NCBI GenBank assembly: GCA_036339465.1
Contig: JAYZAY010000062.1
Coordinates: 64,001-128,000 of the forward strand
DNA length: 64,000 nt
DNA from: Myxococcota bacterium
GTDB taxonomy: Bacteria > Myxococcota > XYA12-FULL-58-9 > JABJBS01
Direction: 5' to 3'
Within the stretch, counting starts at the first letter, position 1. The number at the start of each line of letters is the position of its first letter. Both the position numbers and the translations under genes were made by a program. This document shows positions 29,377 through 40,045 of this stretch, in pieces. The notes beneath the pieces were generated by a model. It did no database searches. It was not told the origin of the DNA and saw only the letters and a program-made list of their open reading frames with translations.

Positions 29377-32300
29377 GTGCCGTGGAGAAATGCCAAAACG
29401 ATGAGTGAGATCCTAGATAACCTAGTTCAGGGATTGGTAGGAGGAGAAGGAATTTCCGACCTTCTCACGAACACTGAAAAACATTTGAAGGCGATTGCAT
29501 CCCTAGAGCGATCTCCTGCAGCGATCAACCAAGAGATGAAAACTCAACTTGCGACTCAAGTTTTGAAGGATTTTCACTCTTTGCCGCTTCCAACTGAGAT
29601 CTTTACCTATTGGGTGGGGGTTTTGATCGATGCGGGCACTTTAGGCCCAAAACAAAGTTCATGTCTCGAAAATTGGGCGGAAGAAAAAGGTTACTTGGAA
29701 TTCGGAGTCATTATTCGAGAGCTTGCAATACGTGGGGAAAAAGAAAACACGAAGAAAAACACACTGCTGGCAAACTTGGGAAACTATTCGGTGGAGATGC
29801 TCAATGATCCGGTCTTTGCCCTGACCACGTTGGATAGAATTCAGCAGGATGGGGTTTTTGATTCAAATCTTCTAGAACTTCGATTTTCCCTGCTTGCGAC
29901 CCTCGGAAGATACAAAAAGATTAGTGAAACCCTGCTTGGGATGCATGAGCGGGGACAAGGGCCGGATTTGGTCACCAAGTGGTTGGTCAAGGTTTTGGAA
30001 AAGATTGCAGGCCAACCGAGATATTTTTCGATTGTTCGGAAACTGGAAAGGGGTTTTGCAACTGGTGAGCTACCCAGCGTTGAATTACCCACTGAACTGC
30101 AAAGTAAATTGGAATATGCGAAGGTTTCAGAGCGTGGCTGGAAAGAGCGGCTTTTGGAACTCTATGAAAAAGCAAATCGGGCCGAAAGTCACGACGCCTA
30201 TTCGGCCGGAAAATATTGGAGCCAGGTAGCGGAATTACAGTTTGCTTTCGGAAGAGATTTAGAGGCGGCGCTTACCACAATTCGTAAGGCGATTCGATTG
30301 GCACCTGAGTATGGAGCCGCAATTGAACTGACTTCGTCAATTTATGAAGCTTCAGGGCAGTACAGTGTTTTAGTTTCGCATTTAGAGGAGCTCTCTAGAG
30401 AATACGATTCAGAAGTCTCGAAAGCGGAGATTCTATGGCGTTGTTATGAAATCTTACTTATCGATCTAAAAAACGAAGCCGGTGCATACCGTCTCCTTCG
30501 TTCCTTAAATAAGGCAAACACCTCCCATCGAGCCTGTTCTTTACATCTAACCAGTTATTATCTGCGCCACGGCCAGATAGCTGAAGCGGCGACGTGTCTC
30601 GGCAATGTCTTGACAGCGGTTGTCGACGTCGAAACTCGGGAGGGTGCTTTTTTTGGGATCTGGGCCATATCAAGAAGTGAGGGTGTGGATTTTAGTGACT
30701 TCGCCGATGCACTGCCTAACTTGTTTAATGAAAATCCACAGTATGGTTATTTTGCTGCCCTAGAAGGGTTTTATCGAGATTCGCAAAATCACAAAGCATG
30801 GACGGAACTTCTTTTTGTTGGGCTTCAGCGTTTTGAAAGCCCGATTCAAAGAAAGTTGGTGGCGCTTAAATTGATGGCGGCCTGTGAGCGTCAAGGGGAG
30901 GATGCAGAACTCAAATATACTGCTTATCTAGCTCAGGTAGAAGAGGGGATTTCCACAGAAGATCTGGCCGCCTTCGTGAAGGTGGCTCTCGAGGTGGGTA
31001 AGGGGGAGAACTCGATTACGCGCCTATTGAAGGCGTTGCCAATTTGGAAAGACGAACTAGAGCAGAAACGCTTATTGACGGCGATTCTCGATATTAGCAT
31101 GGGTTCTGGTTTTGTCGCGGAGCCCTCTCGTCGGGCATGTGATCTGATGTTTGCTCTTGATGGGCATGCAGGGGAAGCCAAGGTTACCGATTATTATGTT
31201 ATGTGTGCTAAAGTAGAGAACGATTTTTCTTCATGGGCGAATCAGAAATTAGGGGAAGTGAAAACAGAGCCTCAGAAGCGTAGTCTTCTGAAGGCGCTAT
31301 TGACGATATCCAATCGAGAGGATGAGGAAAGCCATAAACAATTGCTCTTACGTTTGTTAAGGTCGGGCGGCGCATTCGAGGAAGCGTTGTTGCCTTTGCT
31401 TGAGCTTTCTGTCCGAATGGACCAATTGAACGACTTTGAGGGGTTGGTTGATGAGTCGGTTGAGCGAAACTATATCACTTGCTCAAATGAAGAGTTCTAT
31501 TTGAAAATCGCTCAAGGTCTAGAACGTCATGGAGCTTCCGAACAAATTATTCTCAAATATTGCGACCGAGCGGCCAACGTTGCTGGGGTGAATGCTGAAT
31601 TGGCGCTCTTGATGGAAGGCCTCAGTGAGTTGAAAAATAGATTGGACCTGGTGGAAAAGGTTTCAATCTATCTGAGAGACAATGATGAAGCCGAGCGAAT
31701 GATTCGATTGATTCGTGGCTCGATTTACTATCATGGGATTTCAACTTTTCCTCTTCAGTTGCTTGAACTCTTGGTTGAGGTGGAGTTGCAAAAAGAAGTT
31801 TATTCTATTGATACGGTCGAGTGGTTGGAAGAAAGGCTTGGAGGGAGTGATAATTTTGAACGTACGCTGAAATTTTTGATTGCTGAGGCCAAGGAGCGCC
31901 CCCTTGCACGGATTGTCCATGATAAACTTCGGAGTATTGCCGCAAAGCTGACGGACCCTAGGCAGATTTTTCTTTGCTTGGAGGAAGAGGTAACCGTTGC
32001 TTCTCGATTGGACTCCGGTGGTAGGTACTGGAATTCTGTGGTAGATTATTGTCTCTTTGGATTTGGTGAACAAGGCGTTTGGCCCCCAATCCTTTGGACC
32101 CTAGATTCCTATCTCGAAAAAAATGAACCAGAGCGAGTCTCTCAAGAACTTTATGATTTATTTGATGCTAGAGATGATATGAACGATGACTTGTTGATTC
32201 ACTTGACTTCAAGTATCTCTACATCAGCATCGAATATAGATTATCGAATTGAATTTAGCCTCTCGTGTTATTCCCGAGCCACTGAAAACGTTGCCTACCT

Positions 32301-35300
32301 CGACGATGCAATTTTGAATATAAAGCGACACTCTTCTGTGAAAACCCAATATTTTTGGTGGGAGAAAATTGCAGATTTTGAGTTGCCTTCTGAGCATGCC
32401 TATGAGGTATTACTGAGTTTAGCCTTGGCTTCTCCGGATGAATCTCGCGATATGAAGGAGCGCCATCTCTATAGGGCCTTAGGGCACAAGCCAAACGGCT
32501 ATGTTGCCTATATAGAGCTAACTTCTTTATTGGTTCAAAACAGAAGCTACGACGATTTGGTTTCTTTAGCTCAAAAAGAGAAAACTCATTGTTTCGATTC
32601 ATGGGTTGAGCGCTCCTTGTATTATTTCGAATCAATTGAACTGACCAACAAATCGCTCCCTTGCCTAGGGGAAGTTTTGAACGATTGTATCGGTCATGGC
32701 AATATTGGCGCCCTGGATTTTCAAAGAGTAGAATTGATTCTCCGAGGACAAATCGAAAACCATCAGGACTACGCACTCTTTGAAACTGTTTTTGAGTCCT
32801 ATCTCGCCTCAAGTCGAGAGAGAATGGGGCTGGAGGTCCTGGTTCAATTGGTGGACTCTATGGAGTCTGCAGCCCGGGAACAATGGTTGTTTCGAGGCTG
32901 GGAAAGATGTGGAACGAAAGAAGAGTTGGAGGAAATCAGAGTATGGTGTGCTCTTCAATGGCTACTTCTTTTTGAACGATATTCAGAGCCTCTTGTTGAG
33001 GATATTTACACCCTCGGGAAGAAACCCAATTATCGAAACGATGTTTGTTTGACCTTTGGAAGGTTGTCTAACGTCCCGACGAGAAAACTCAGAGAGAGAG
33101 AAACCTTCGCACTCTATGGGGCGGAGTTACATTTGATGAGCGGGCAAGCAGAGTCTGCCCTACGCATTCTCGATGGGGAGAAGAGAGAGGCCTTGTCGAG
33201 CAAGAAAAGACTTAAGTCTATTCTTACCCATACGATGGACGACAAGCTACACCCAGACGATTTTTATGAGTATGCGGCGAGTTATGTGACTCTGGCTTTT
33301 CTTGCCAGCGAAAACCGAGAAGACATGAGTTCCAATTTCGTGGAGCGGATTGCCAGAGAGGAACGATTCAAGACACTCTTGGCTCCGCTTAAGTATTCTC
33401 TCTTAGAGGATTATGTGGCCAATGGCGGGACCGCGAGCCATATTGGGATTGAATATCTGAATGTGTTAAAGGACCGCCAGGAGTGGAAAATTATATCCGC
33501 TTGGGGGCGAGAGCGTAATTTAGACGACTACTCCTATGAACAACGTATTCGCATCTTACTTATTTTGGTTGAGGCAGCTCAGTGGCTTGGGACGATTGAG
33601 TCAGAAGAGGAATGCTTGGAACATCTCCTTAGCATTGCTCCTGAGAATACATCAGTGGCTGATGAATTTATGCTCTTTATGGAGAGTGGGTTAATCCATG
33701 AAAAAGTTCTGAGCTATTTGGAACGATATCTCTGTAAAGAAGGTCGAATTGATGAATATAAGAGAGTCTTGATTCGCAAATACGAACTAACGGAAGAGCC
33801 TTCAGCTAAGCTTCTAATTCTAAAGGAGATTGCCGAGTTGGCTTCTAAATTGGGGGAAGCCGAGTTTTTTTCCCGTGTGGCTTTGGAAGCATTGGAATTG
33901 TCCGAATATGAACCGTCCTCTCGGAGCTGGCTCTTTGAGCATGCGAAACAAGGTTGTTTAGCGCAGAGTCTTTGTGTCGAAATCGAGCGGTGTCTGCTCG
34001 GAAAGTCAGGTAGAGTTCGTCGAGAATTGCGTTGGTTAAGCGCAGACATCTACGATGAAATACTTCAATTGCCAGAAGCTTCAGTTGAGGAACTGGAAAA
34101 GTTACGGCAGGAAGAGGGAAACGATTTATACACTTTGGAGCGATTAGAACTTCGATATCGCTCCCTTGATGCACCTCGTGAGTTGGCTCTTGTTCTCGAA
34201 CGGAAATTGGAGTTTGTTGTAACTCAAGCGTCAAAATTGAATATCCTGAAAGAAATTTTTGCGATCTGTTTTGAGAAAACCAACGATTTTGATGGTGCAC
34301 GAGAGGCTCTTTGGAGCATTTACTGGGAACGCTCGGAAGATTCTACCTATTTTGACACATTGGAAAACCTCCTGGTTCGCCAGGAGCGTTGGGCCAATCT
34401 CGTTTCGATTTACGAAGAAGAAAGAATTCGATTGGGGCTTTTTAGTGGAGAGGTATCAGAGGAGCGATTCCTAAAACCTAATTTGAGATTGATTGAAACC
34501 TACTTGTTTAAATTAGGAGACCGCAAACGCGCTTTTGGGATTATCGCCGATCTTCCCCTTGACGGGGAAAGTGGTCGAGGTATTTTTGAAATTCTGACGA
34601 GAGAGCCTAGGCCGTACTATGTTGATACTCTGAGTTGGCTCGTTCAATATTACGAGGTTACAGGCAATCAACAGAAACGAATCAACTCTCTCAACGATCT
34701 CATCGTTTCTACCGAAAGCTGTAGACGAAAAGCCCACTGGATGAGTGCGCTATCTGATATTTATCTTATTGATAAAGAAGAGCTGTCTCTCGGTTTTGAT
34801 TACTGTATTCGTGCGTGGGCCACCGAACCAACAAACTTAAAATTTATAAGACGAGGTATCCGATTCGCTCGTGAAGTTGATTGCTTCGAGCCACTCCTCG
34901 GTGCCTTGGAGGGCAATGAAGCCATTGTCGTGGTTTTAGAGGAGACAGAGCTAGAGATTATATTTCAACTTTTTGAGATTGCTCTCGAGATAAAAACAAA
35001 TTTCGAGGTGATAAAGGTTGCGCTCAAGAGACTTGAAGGGGCGCAACTAACGCCTCGCATTTCACATCTTCTCTGTGACTGGTATCTGAAGAACGAAAAC
35101 CTTAATTCGTGGTTGGATTTGAAACGTGAATTGATTCGCCTAGAGCCGGATGTTCAGAAAGCAGCTCTGTTAGGAGTCGAAATCGTTGAAAGGATTAGCG
35201 GTGATGATTCATTGGAAGCAATCGCGCAACCTTTTCTATCGCAGTGGCTAGTCAAAAATCCCATAGAACGGTCCATCCTGGACTTTTGTGTCTCTGTATT

Positions 35301-38300
35301 GCAGGTGGCAAAAAATTGGTCCGAGTTATTTGAGTTATATACTGGGTGGTTCCGGGTGAATGACAATCGTCAAGATTCAGAATGTCTTGGTGAGTTTGTG
35401 GAACTTCTTTTGCAATATGAAAAAGACTGGTCGATTTTGATTCAACTTCTCGTGGAATATTCCACCAGTTTACCCGTCGCATCTCTGATTTCTTTATCCG
35501 AGTCAATTGGAGAACGATTTGGACGAACTGAGTCTTTCGATTATCTGATGCATATTCTTGGGGACTCAAGAGTTAGTTACGACTTAAAGCTAGAACTGGG
35601 TCGAAGATTGACCGCGACCCTTATGGTCGATCCTTTTTTGCGAGAACGACTTGATGAAGTAAGTGTCTTGTTTGAGATGAACCTTCGGGGGGAGATTGAA
35701 ACGCGTATTCTCAAGGGAGAATACCTATATTATGAAGGAAAACTTTCTGATTGGGTGAGTTTTACACAGAGCTTTTTTATTCAGGCGGATTGGGCAATAC
35801 GAGAAATCGTCATAGGAAGAGTCGTCAGACATTGGAATGCTTGGGCTCCCGAATTGGTCGAAGGTGATAATCTCGATTTTTGTATTACTGAGAAGCTTCC
35901 GGAAGATATTTTACAAAGGCTGTTTGACGGATGGTCTCTACAGGAGGTGTCGGCCGTAGCGGGAAGATTTTGGGAGCGCTTTCTCTTGGTGAATAACCCA
36001 TCATCTTTGCTTGTGAGGGGTTCTTCGCACCAGCGTATAAAAATAGGGACGTCTTTTTTTCTGGCGGGTCTTGTCAGTGAGCCCGTGGTGGTCATCTTAG
36101 AGGGCTTACTTGACGATGGGGATCTGCATGCGGATGCTTTCCATATACTGAGGGCATATTACCATGATTCGAAAAGTTGGGAGCGGTTGACTGGTGCGGT
36201 TGAGAAAGTCTTGGTCCATCTATCGCGCGATGACAGGAACCATCTACTTTTGGAAATCTTACCCTTTCTATACAGTGAAATGACTTGTTTGCAGGTTGCG
36301 GAGCGTTGGTCATTATTGATTCTCGACGGCTCCAAGAACATTACCTTCGAAAACGCAAAATTGATGTTGGATATTGGTTTGGCAGGAGAAAGCGGTCGAC
36401 TTATCGCCGACAAACTCCGGGTCGCGTGTGCGACACTGGATGATCCCAAGCTGGCTGCAGAACTAATGCAACTTTTGGGGATGTTCTATTTTGAGCACCT
36501 CAATGCTTATGAACAAGCGGAGACTTGCTTGCTCAATGCTATCGGGAAAGACTCTTTTCCCAAGGAGGTTGTTGATGGACTGGTAGCGATCGCCGAGCGA
36601 CAACATCGTTTTGATAAGATTGTTGGTGTCTTGAAAGGTTATATTAAATCTCTTTCCGAGACCGATGAGTTCTATTTTGATACGTGCTTTTCTTTGGGCA
36701 AGGTTTGGGCCTACGATATTGGTGACCCTCACCGAGCACGTGAAGTATTTGAAAAGCTCTCCACGCTTCAACCTAACAATGTTTCGGTTCAGGTTGAACT
36801 CTTTCGGGTTTCTTTGGGGGGAAAAGATTGGGCTGCTTTAAAAAAATCAGGGCTTCAATTAGTGGTTTCTGATGTTGGTTATGATATTTTGAATGAAGTG
36901 GTAGGGGCGCTTCTGGATTTAGATGACCATTTTATAGATGAGGAGGTTGCCCATTTAGAAGAGGCTTTCCGGCGTCTGGCCCTCGGAACAATCGATGATT
37001 TTCTTTGGGGAGGTATCGTGGGTTTCTTATCAAAACATGAGAGATTCGAAAGCCTCTATGATTTGTATCTCCAGAGAGCGTTGGCCGTCGACAACAAAGG
37101 TATTCGCTGTGAATTATGGTTGAGTGCGGCCGAAATATCCGAACAATTTCTAGGGTCGCAATATGACGCAATTACATGCCTTGAGAGGGTTTTGGAGCAA
37201 GAAGCACGGTCGGAAAAAGCCTTCGTGTCCCTTGAAGGGATTCTCTCGGCTCAATGCGAGTGGGAAAAGTTAATTGATGTTTTATACCGCTACATGGCTG
37301 CGGTGGATGAACTAGAGTTGAAAGCAGGCATCCTTGTCAAAATTGGAAAAATTTATCACCAGTCCCTTGGGCGAGGCGATTTGGCGGAAAAAGCATTTCA
37401 AGAGGCACGAAATTTAGAACCAGATAGTGTTCAAGCACTTGCTGCTCTAGGGCGGTTATATGAGCGTAGTGGTAATTGGTTTCAGGCTCTGAGTATGTTG
37501 GAGCAGCAAGCCGAGTTGGAGAAAGAGAATGCATCTAAGGCGAAGGTTTTTGTGCGGATCGGGCAGATTTATTTAGAGATGCTATTGGATGAGACGAGTG
37601 CTGTGAGATATTTGCGACAAGCACTTGTTTGGGACAATGCCAGCGTTGAATCTTTGGATATGCTCAAGAGTATTGCGGAGAAAAACGAAAATTGGGGTGA
37701 CTTTTTGCAATATATTTCTCGTATTCGGGGCCTTCTTGAGGATCCTGAAGATGAGTACGAGGTTTTGTTGGAGATAGGTGACCATTTTGCCTCGAGATTT
37801 GGTGATTTGGCTAAAGCGAAACATTATTACTCGGAAGCGATAGCCTTAGTTTTGGAGAATTCGGATGCTCGGTGGAAAAGAACGCAATGCATGTTAGAGC
37901 AAGAAGAATGGGGTGATGCGTGCAATGAGCTGGGGGAGTTACTCGAGACAGATTGGAACGATGCTTCTGCCTCTCAGAGGGAATTGTGGCGCCAAGAAAA
38001 GATTCGTTGTCTAGAGAAGTTGGGGGAATATTCTGATGCTGTGACTGAGTTACGGCATGGTATTGCAGTTAATAATAATAACTTTTTCTACTGGGAAACT
38101 TTGGCTCGCTGTCTTTATAAACTAGGGAATTACCAAGAGGCTTGTGACGCCTTGGAGGCTTTTTTGGAGAGGGGAGCAAGAGAGATCCCAAATACAGAAA
38201 CATTGAATCTGTGTGTTACGATAGGAAGTCTCCATTTGGAGCAGGGAAGATCCCAGAACGCCCAAAGAATTCTGTGTAAGGCATATGAACTTGAATCTGA

Positions 38301-39978
38301 AGATTATCAGGTGATTAAGCTTTACGAAGAGGCTTGTAGGCAGGAATTAGAATGGGATGTTGTGGCGAAGTTGGCGATGATTCGGCTGGAGATGGCGAGT
38401 GGGGAGGAAAGAAATGATGCTGCCCACAAGCTTATGGAGAGTTTTGAAAATAAAGGTGTTTCGTTCAATGAGATCTCCGTCCACTTGAATGATTTTGAAG
38501 AATCGGGAGAGTGTGCAGAGTCCGTTTTTGTGAGACATGCGCGGTTGGCGAAGGAGGAAGCCCTGATCGAAGAAAGTGTCTTGATCCTCGACTCCGCTAG
38601 AAACTTTCGAAATGATACCACGGTTCAATTTGGCGCGGAATTGGAACTCTCTCGATTGTTGCGAAACCAGTTTGGGAATGAAGTCGATGCTTTTTCGATC
38701 CTAGAGGAGGCACTGGTGAGTAGACCCAATAACCCTGCCATCTTAGACGAGTTTGAGAAATTTGTGGAAAAAACGGGGAGATGGGAATCCTTGGAGAGGA
38801 TCTATGGTTTGGTCCTATCGACGAGTGAGCCGGAACAAGAAATCAATCGGATTGTTCGGCAGTCGCTTGCGGAATTGGAGGCACATGTCTTTGGCCGAAT
38901 CGGTAATGCGATTGAGCACTATGAGACATTGAATCGAGTCCAAGGGTTGGATGCGGTTGGGCGTAGTCGCTTATTTGAATTATATATGAACAAGGGCGTT
39001 GAGGCGGGTTCTGCATTGAAAGTGCATATTGAGGCACTCCCAAGCGGCGACCTACTTGACCAGAACCTACGTCAGTTAGCTATGGCTGCTCGGCAGGTGG
39101 GCGCGAGGAATGTGTTGTTTGATGCGTTGGATTCACTTCGTGCTTTGGGTGAAGCGACGAGCGAAGAGCTTGTGGAAGTAAAAGCCATGAGCAGTGCTTC
39201 GAGTGAAGGGGTGGGTTTAGTGGAGGCGCAATCGCGGCAGATACTGCCAGTGCATTTGGAGCGGGTGAGCCATGTTTTACGGCAACTCTATTTAACGGGG
39301 GGGGGGATGTTTTGGGACCGAGGTCTTTCAGTCGGAAATGTTTTTGGTGAAGTTGTTCGGATACGTCGTGGCCCGCTTTACTCAGTCCTCAAGGATCTCG
39401 TGAAGGGAACTTCATTTGAAGGGACCCAACTTTGGATGAAGAGGGGAGGGATGGATGCGCCCACGGTACTTATGAATGAGGAGCAGGTGGTTTTGATTGG
39501 TTCGGAGCATCCTTTTAACCAAGGAGCAGAAATTGAAGCACTTAGGTTCGGTTTATCAAGAGAACTGATGTATTTGCGTCCAGATTCGATTTTGTTGAAG
39601 AAATTCAGTTCTCAGAGCCTCTTAGGTATTCTGACGGCATTGTGGGTTGCGCTTGGCGGTTCTGAGGAAGCTGATGCTTGGCCCAGGGAATCCTTGGAGT
39701 CTTGGGTGGTCGCATTTCGAAAGCTTGGGGCCGAGGAGCGTGAGAAGCTCCGGGGAAGCCTCGAAAGTGTGCGCTTGGTCTTAGAATACCCGGATCGATT
39801 GAGTGAGTATGCCGATTGGCTCGAAAAGGCGGCGGGACGTGCGGCTTATCTTTGTTGTGGTTCGAGGGGGGCTGCGACCCATTCCATTGAGATGGGTATG
39901 GAAACCACCAATGGATTGCCTATCCACACCCTCAAACGTGATTTGGTTCTATATTCGATGCTCCCCGACCATAAGTAG
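29377..39978 (+). CDS. gltI: Giant TPR protein, GltI (AgmK)-like, 3533 aa
   Basis: All-helical TPR-like repeats (e.g. ALAALGRLYERSGNWFQALSML, LEGILSAQCEWEKLIDVL); no signal peptide; lies between gltG-like and gltJ-like genes, as gltI does in Myxococcus. Confidence 0.65.
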   Translation: MPWRNAKTMSEILDNLVQGLVGGEGISDLLTNTEKHLKAIASLERSPAAINQEMKTQLATQVLKDFHSLPLPTEIFTYWVGVLIDAGTLGPKQSSCLENWAEEKGYLEFGVIIRELAIRGEKENTKKNTLLANLGNYSVEMLNDPVFALTTLDRIQQDGVFDSNLLELRFSLLATLGRYKKISETLLGMHERGQGPDLVTKWLVKVLEKIAGQPRYFSIVRKLERGFATGELPSVELPTELQSKLEYAKVSERGWKERLLELYEKANRAESHDAYSAGKYWSQVAELQFAFGRDLEAALTTIRKAIRLAPEYGAAIELTSSIYEASGQYSVLVSHLEELSREYDSEVSKAEILWRCYEILLIDLKNEAGAYRLLRSLNKANTSHRACSLHLTSYYLRHGQIAEAATCLGNVLTAVVDVETREGAFFGIWAISRSEGVDFSDFADALPNLFNENPQYGYFAALEGFYRDSQNHKAWTELLFVGLQRFESPIQRKLVALKLMAACERQGEDAELKYTAYLAQVEEGISTEDLAAFVKVALEVGKGENSITRLLKALPIWKDELEQKRLLTAILDISMGSGFVAEPSRRACDLMFALDGHAGEAKVTDYYVMCAKVENDFSSWANQKLGEVKTEPQKRSLLKALLTISNREDEESHKQLLLRLLRSGGAFEEALLPLLELSVRMDQLNDFEGLVDESVERNYITCSNEEFYLKIAQGLERHGASEQIILKYCDRAANVAGVNAELALLMEGLSELKNRLDLVEKVSIYLRDNDEAERMIRLIRGSIYYHGISTFPLQLLELLVEVELQKEVYSIDTVEWLEERLGGSDNFERTLKFLIAEAKERPLARIVHDKLRSIAAKLTDPRQIFLCLEEEVTVASRLDSGGRYWNSVVDYCLFGFGEQGVWPPILWTLDSYLEKNEPERVSQELYDLFDARDDMNDDLLIHLTSSISTSASNIDYRIEFSLSCYSRATENVAYLDDAILNIKRHSSVKTQYFWWEKIADFELPSEHAYEVLLSLALASPDESRDMKERHLYRALGHKPNGYVAYIELTSLLVQNRSYDDLVSLAQKEKTHCFDSWVERSLYYFESIELTNKSLPCLGEVLNDCIGHGNIGALDFQRVELILRGQIENHQDYALFETVFESYLASSRERMGLEVLVQLVDSMESAAREQWLFRGWERCGTKEELEEIRVWCALQWLLLFERYSEPLVEDIYTLGKKPNYRNDVCLTFGRLSNVPTRKLRERETFALYGAELHLMSGQAESALRILDGEKREALSSKKRLKSILTHTMDDKLHPDDFYEYAASYVTLAFLASENREDMSSNFVERIAREERFKTLLAPLKYSLLEDYVANGGTASHIGIEYLNVLKDRQEWKIISAWGRERNLDDYSYEQRIRILLILVEAAQWLGTIESEEECLEHLLSIAPENTSVADEFMLFMESGLIHEKVLSYLERYLCKEGRIDEYKRVLIRKYELTEEPSAKLLILKEIAELASKLGEAEFFSRVALEALELSEYEPSSRSWLFEHAKQGCLAQSLCVEIERCLLGKSGRVRRELRWLSADIYDEILQLPEASVEELEKLRQEEGNDLYTLERLELRYRSLDAPRELALVLERKLEFVVTQASKLNILKEIFAICFEKTNDFDGAREALWSIYWERSEDSTYFDTLENLLVRQERWANLVSIYEEERIRLGLFSGEVSEERFLKPNLRLIETYLFKLGDRKRAFGIIADLPLDGESGRGIFEILTREPRPYYVDTLSWLVQYYEVTGNQQKRINSLNDLIVSTESCRRKAHWMSALSDIYLIDKEELSLGFDYCIRAWATEPTNLKFIRRGIRFAREVDCFEPLLGALEGNEAIVVVLEETELEIIFQLFEIALEIKTNFEVIKVALKRLEGAQLTPRISHLLCDWYLKNENLNSWLDLKRELIRLEPDVQKAALLGVEIVERISGDDSLEAIAQPFLSQWLVKNPIERSILDFCVSVLQVAKNWSELFELYTGWFRVNDNRQDSECLGEFVELLLQYEKDWSILIQLLVEYSTSLPVASLISLSESIGERFGRTESFDYLMHILGDSRVSYDLKLELGRRLTATLMVDPFLRERLDEVSVLFEMNLRGEIETRILKGEYLYYEGKLSDWVSFTQSFFIQADWAIREIVIGRVVRHWNAWAPELVEGDNLDFCITEKLPEDILQRLFDGWSLQEVSAVAGRFWERFLLVNNPSSLLVRGSSHQRIKIGTSFFLAGLVSEPVVVILEGLLDDGDLHADAFHILRAYYHDSKSWERLTGAVEKVLVHLSRDDRNHLLLEILPFLYSEMTCLQVAERWSLLILDGSKNITFENAKLMLDIGLAGESGRLIADKLRVACATLDDPKLAAELMQLLGMFYFEHLNAYEQAETCLLNAIGKDSFPKEVVDGLVAIAERQHRFDKIVGVLKGYIKSLSETDEFYFDTCFSLGKVWAYDIGDPHRAREVFEKLSTLQPNNVSVQVELFRVSLGGKDWAALKKSGLQLVVSDVGYDILNEVVGALLDLDDHFIDEEVAHLEEAFRRLALGTIDDFLWGGIVGFLSKHERFESLYDLYLQRALAVDNKGIRCELWLSAAEISEQFLGSQYDAITCLERVLEQEARSEKAFVSLEGILSAQCEWEKLIDVLYRYMAAVDELELKAGILVKIGKIYHQSLGRGDLAEKAFQEARNLEPDSVQALAALGRLYERSGNWFQALSMLEQQAELEKENASKAKVFVRIGQIYLEMLLDETSAVRYLRQALVWDNASVESLDMLKSIAEKNENWGDFLQYISRIRGLLEDPEDEYEVLLEIGDHFASRFGDLAKAKHYYSEAIALVLENSDARWKRTQCMLEQEEWGDACNELGELLETDWNDASASQRELWRQEKIRCLEKLGEYSDAVTELRHGIAVNNNNFFYWETLARCLYKLGNYQEACDALEAFLERGAREIPNTETLNLCVTIGSLHLEQGRSQNAQRILCKAYELESEDYQVIKLYEEACRQELEWDVVAKLAMIRLEMASGEERNDAAHKLMESFENKGVSFNEISVHLNDFEESGECAESVFVRHARLAKEEALIEESVLILDSARNFRNDTTVQFGAELELSRLLRNQFGNEVDAFSILEEALVSRPNNPAILDEFEKFVEKTGRWESLERIYGLVLSTSEPEQEINRIVRQSLAELEAHVFGRIGNAIEHYETLNRVQGLDAVGRSRLFELYMNKGVEAGSALKVHIEALPSGDLLDQNLRQLAMAARQVGARNVLFDALDSLRALGEATSEELVEVKAMSSASSEGVGLVEAQSRQILPVHLERVSHVLRQLYLTGGGMFWDRGLSVGNVFGEVVRIRRGPLYSVLKDLVKGTSFEGTQLWMKRGGMDAPTVLMNEEQVVLIGSEHPFNQGAEIEALRFGLSRELMYLRPDSILLKKFSSQSLLGILTALWVALGGSEEADAWPRESLESWVVAFRKLGAEEREKLRGSLESVRLVLEYPDRLSEYADWLEKAAGRAAYLCCGSRGAATHSIEMGMETTNGLPIHTLKRDLVLYSMLPDHK

Positions 39979-40045
39979 AAAATTTTTGATTCCTGTTCCA
40001 CTTCTAATGTGCCCATAGAATCGACTATCACTATGTTTTTCGGGT

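Noticed and set aside
29377..39978. Giant ORF as NRPS/PKS, adhesin or toxin
   Set aside because: No A/C/KS/carrier motifs, no RTX/Rhs/beta repeats and no signal peptide; the pattern is helical TPR.
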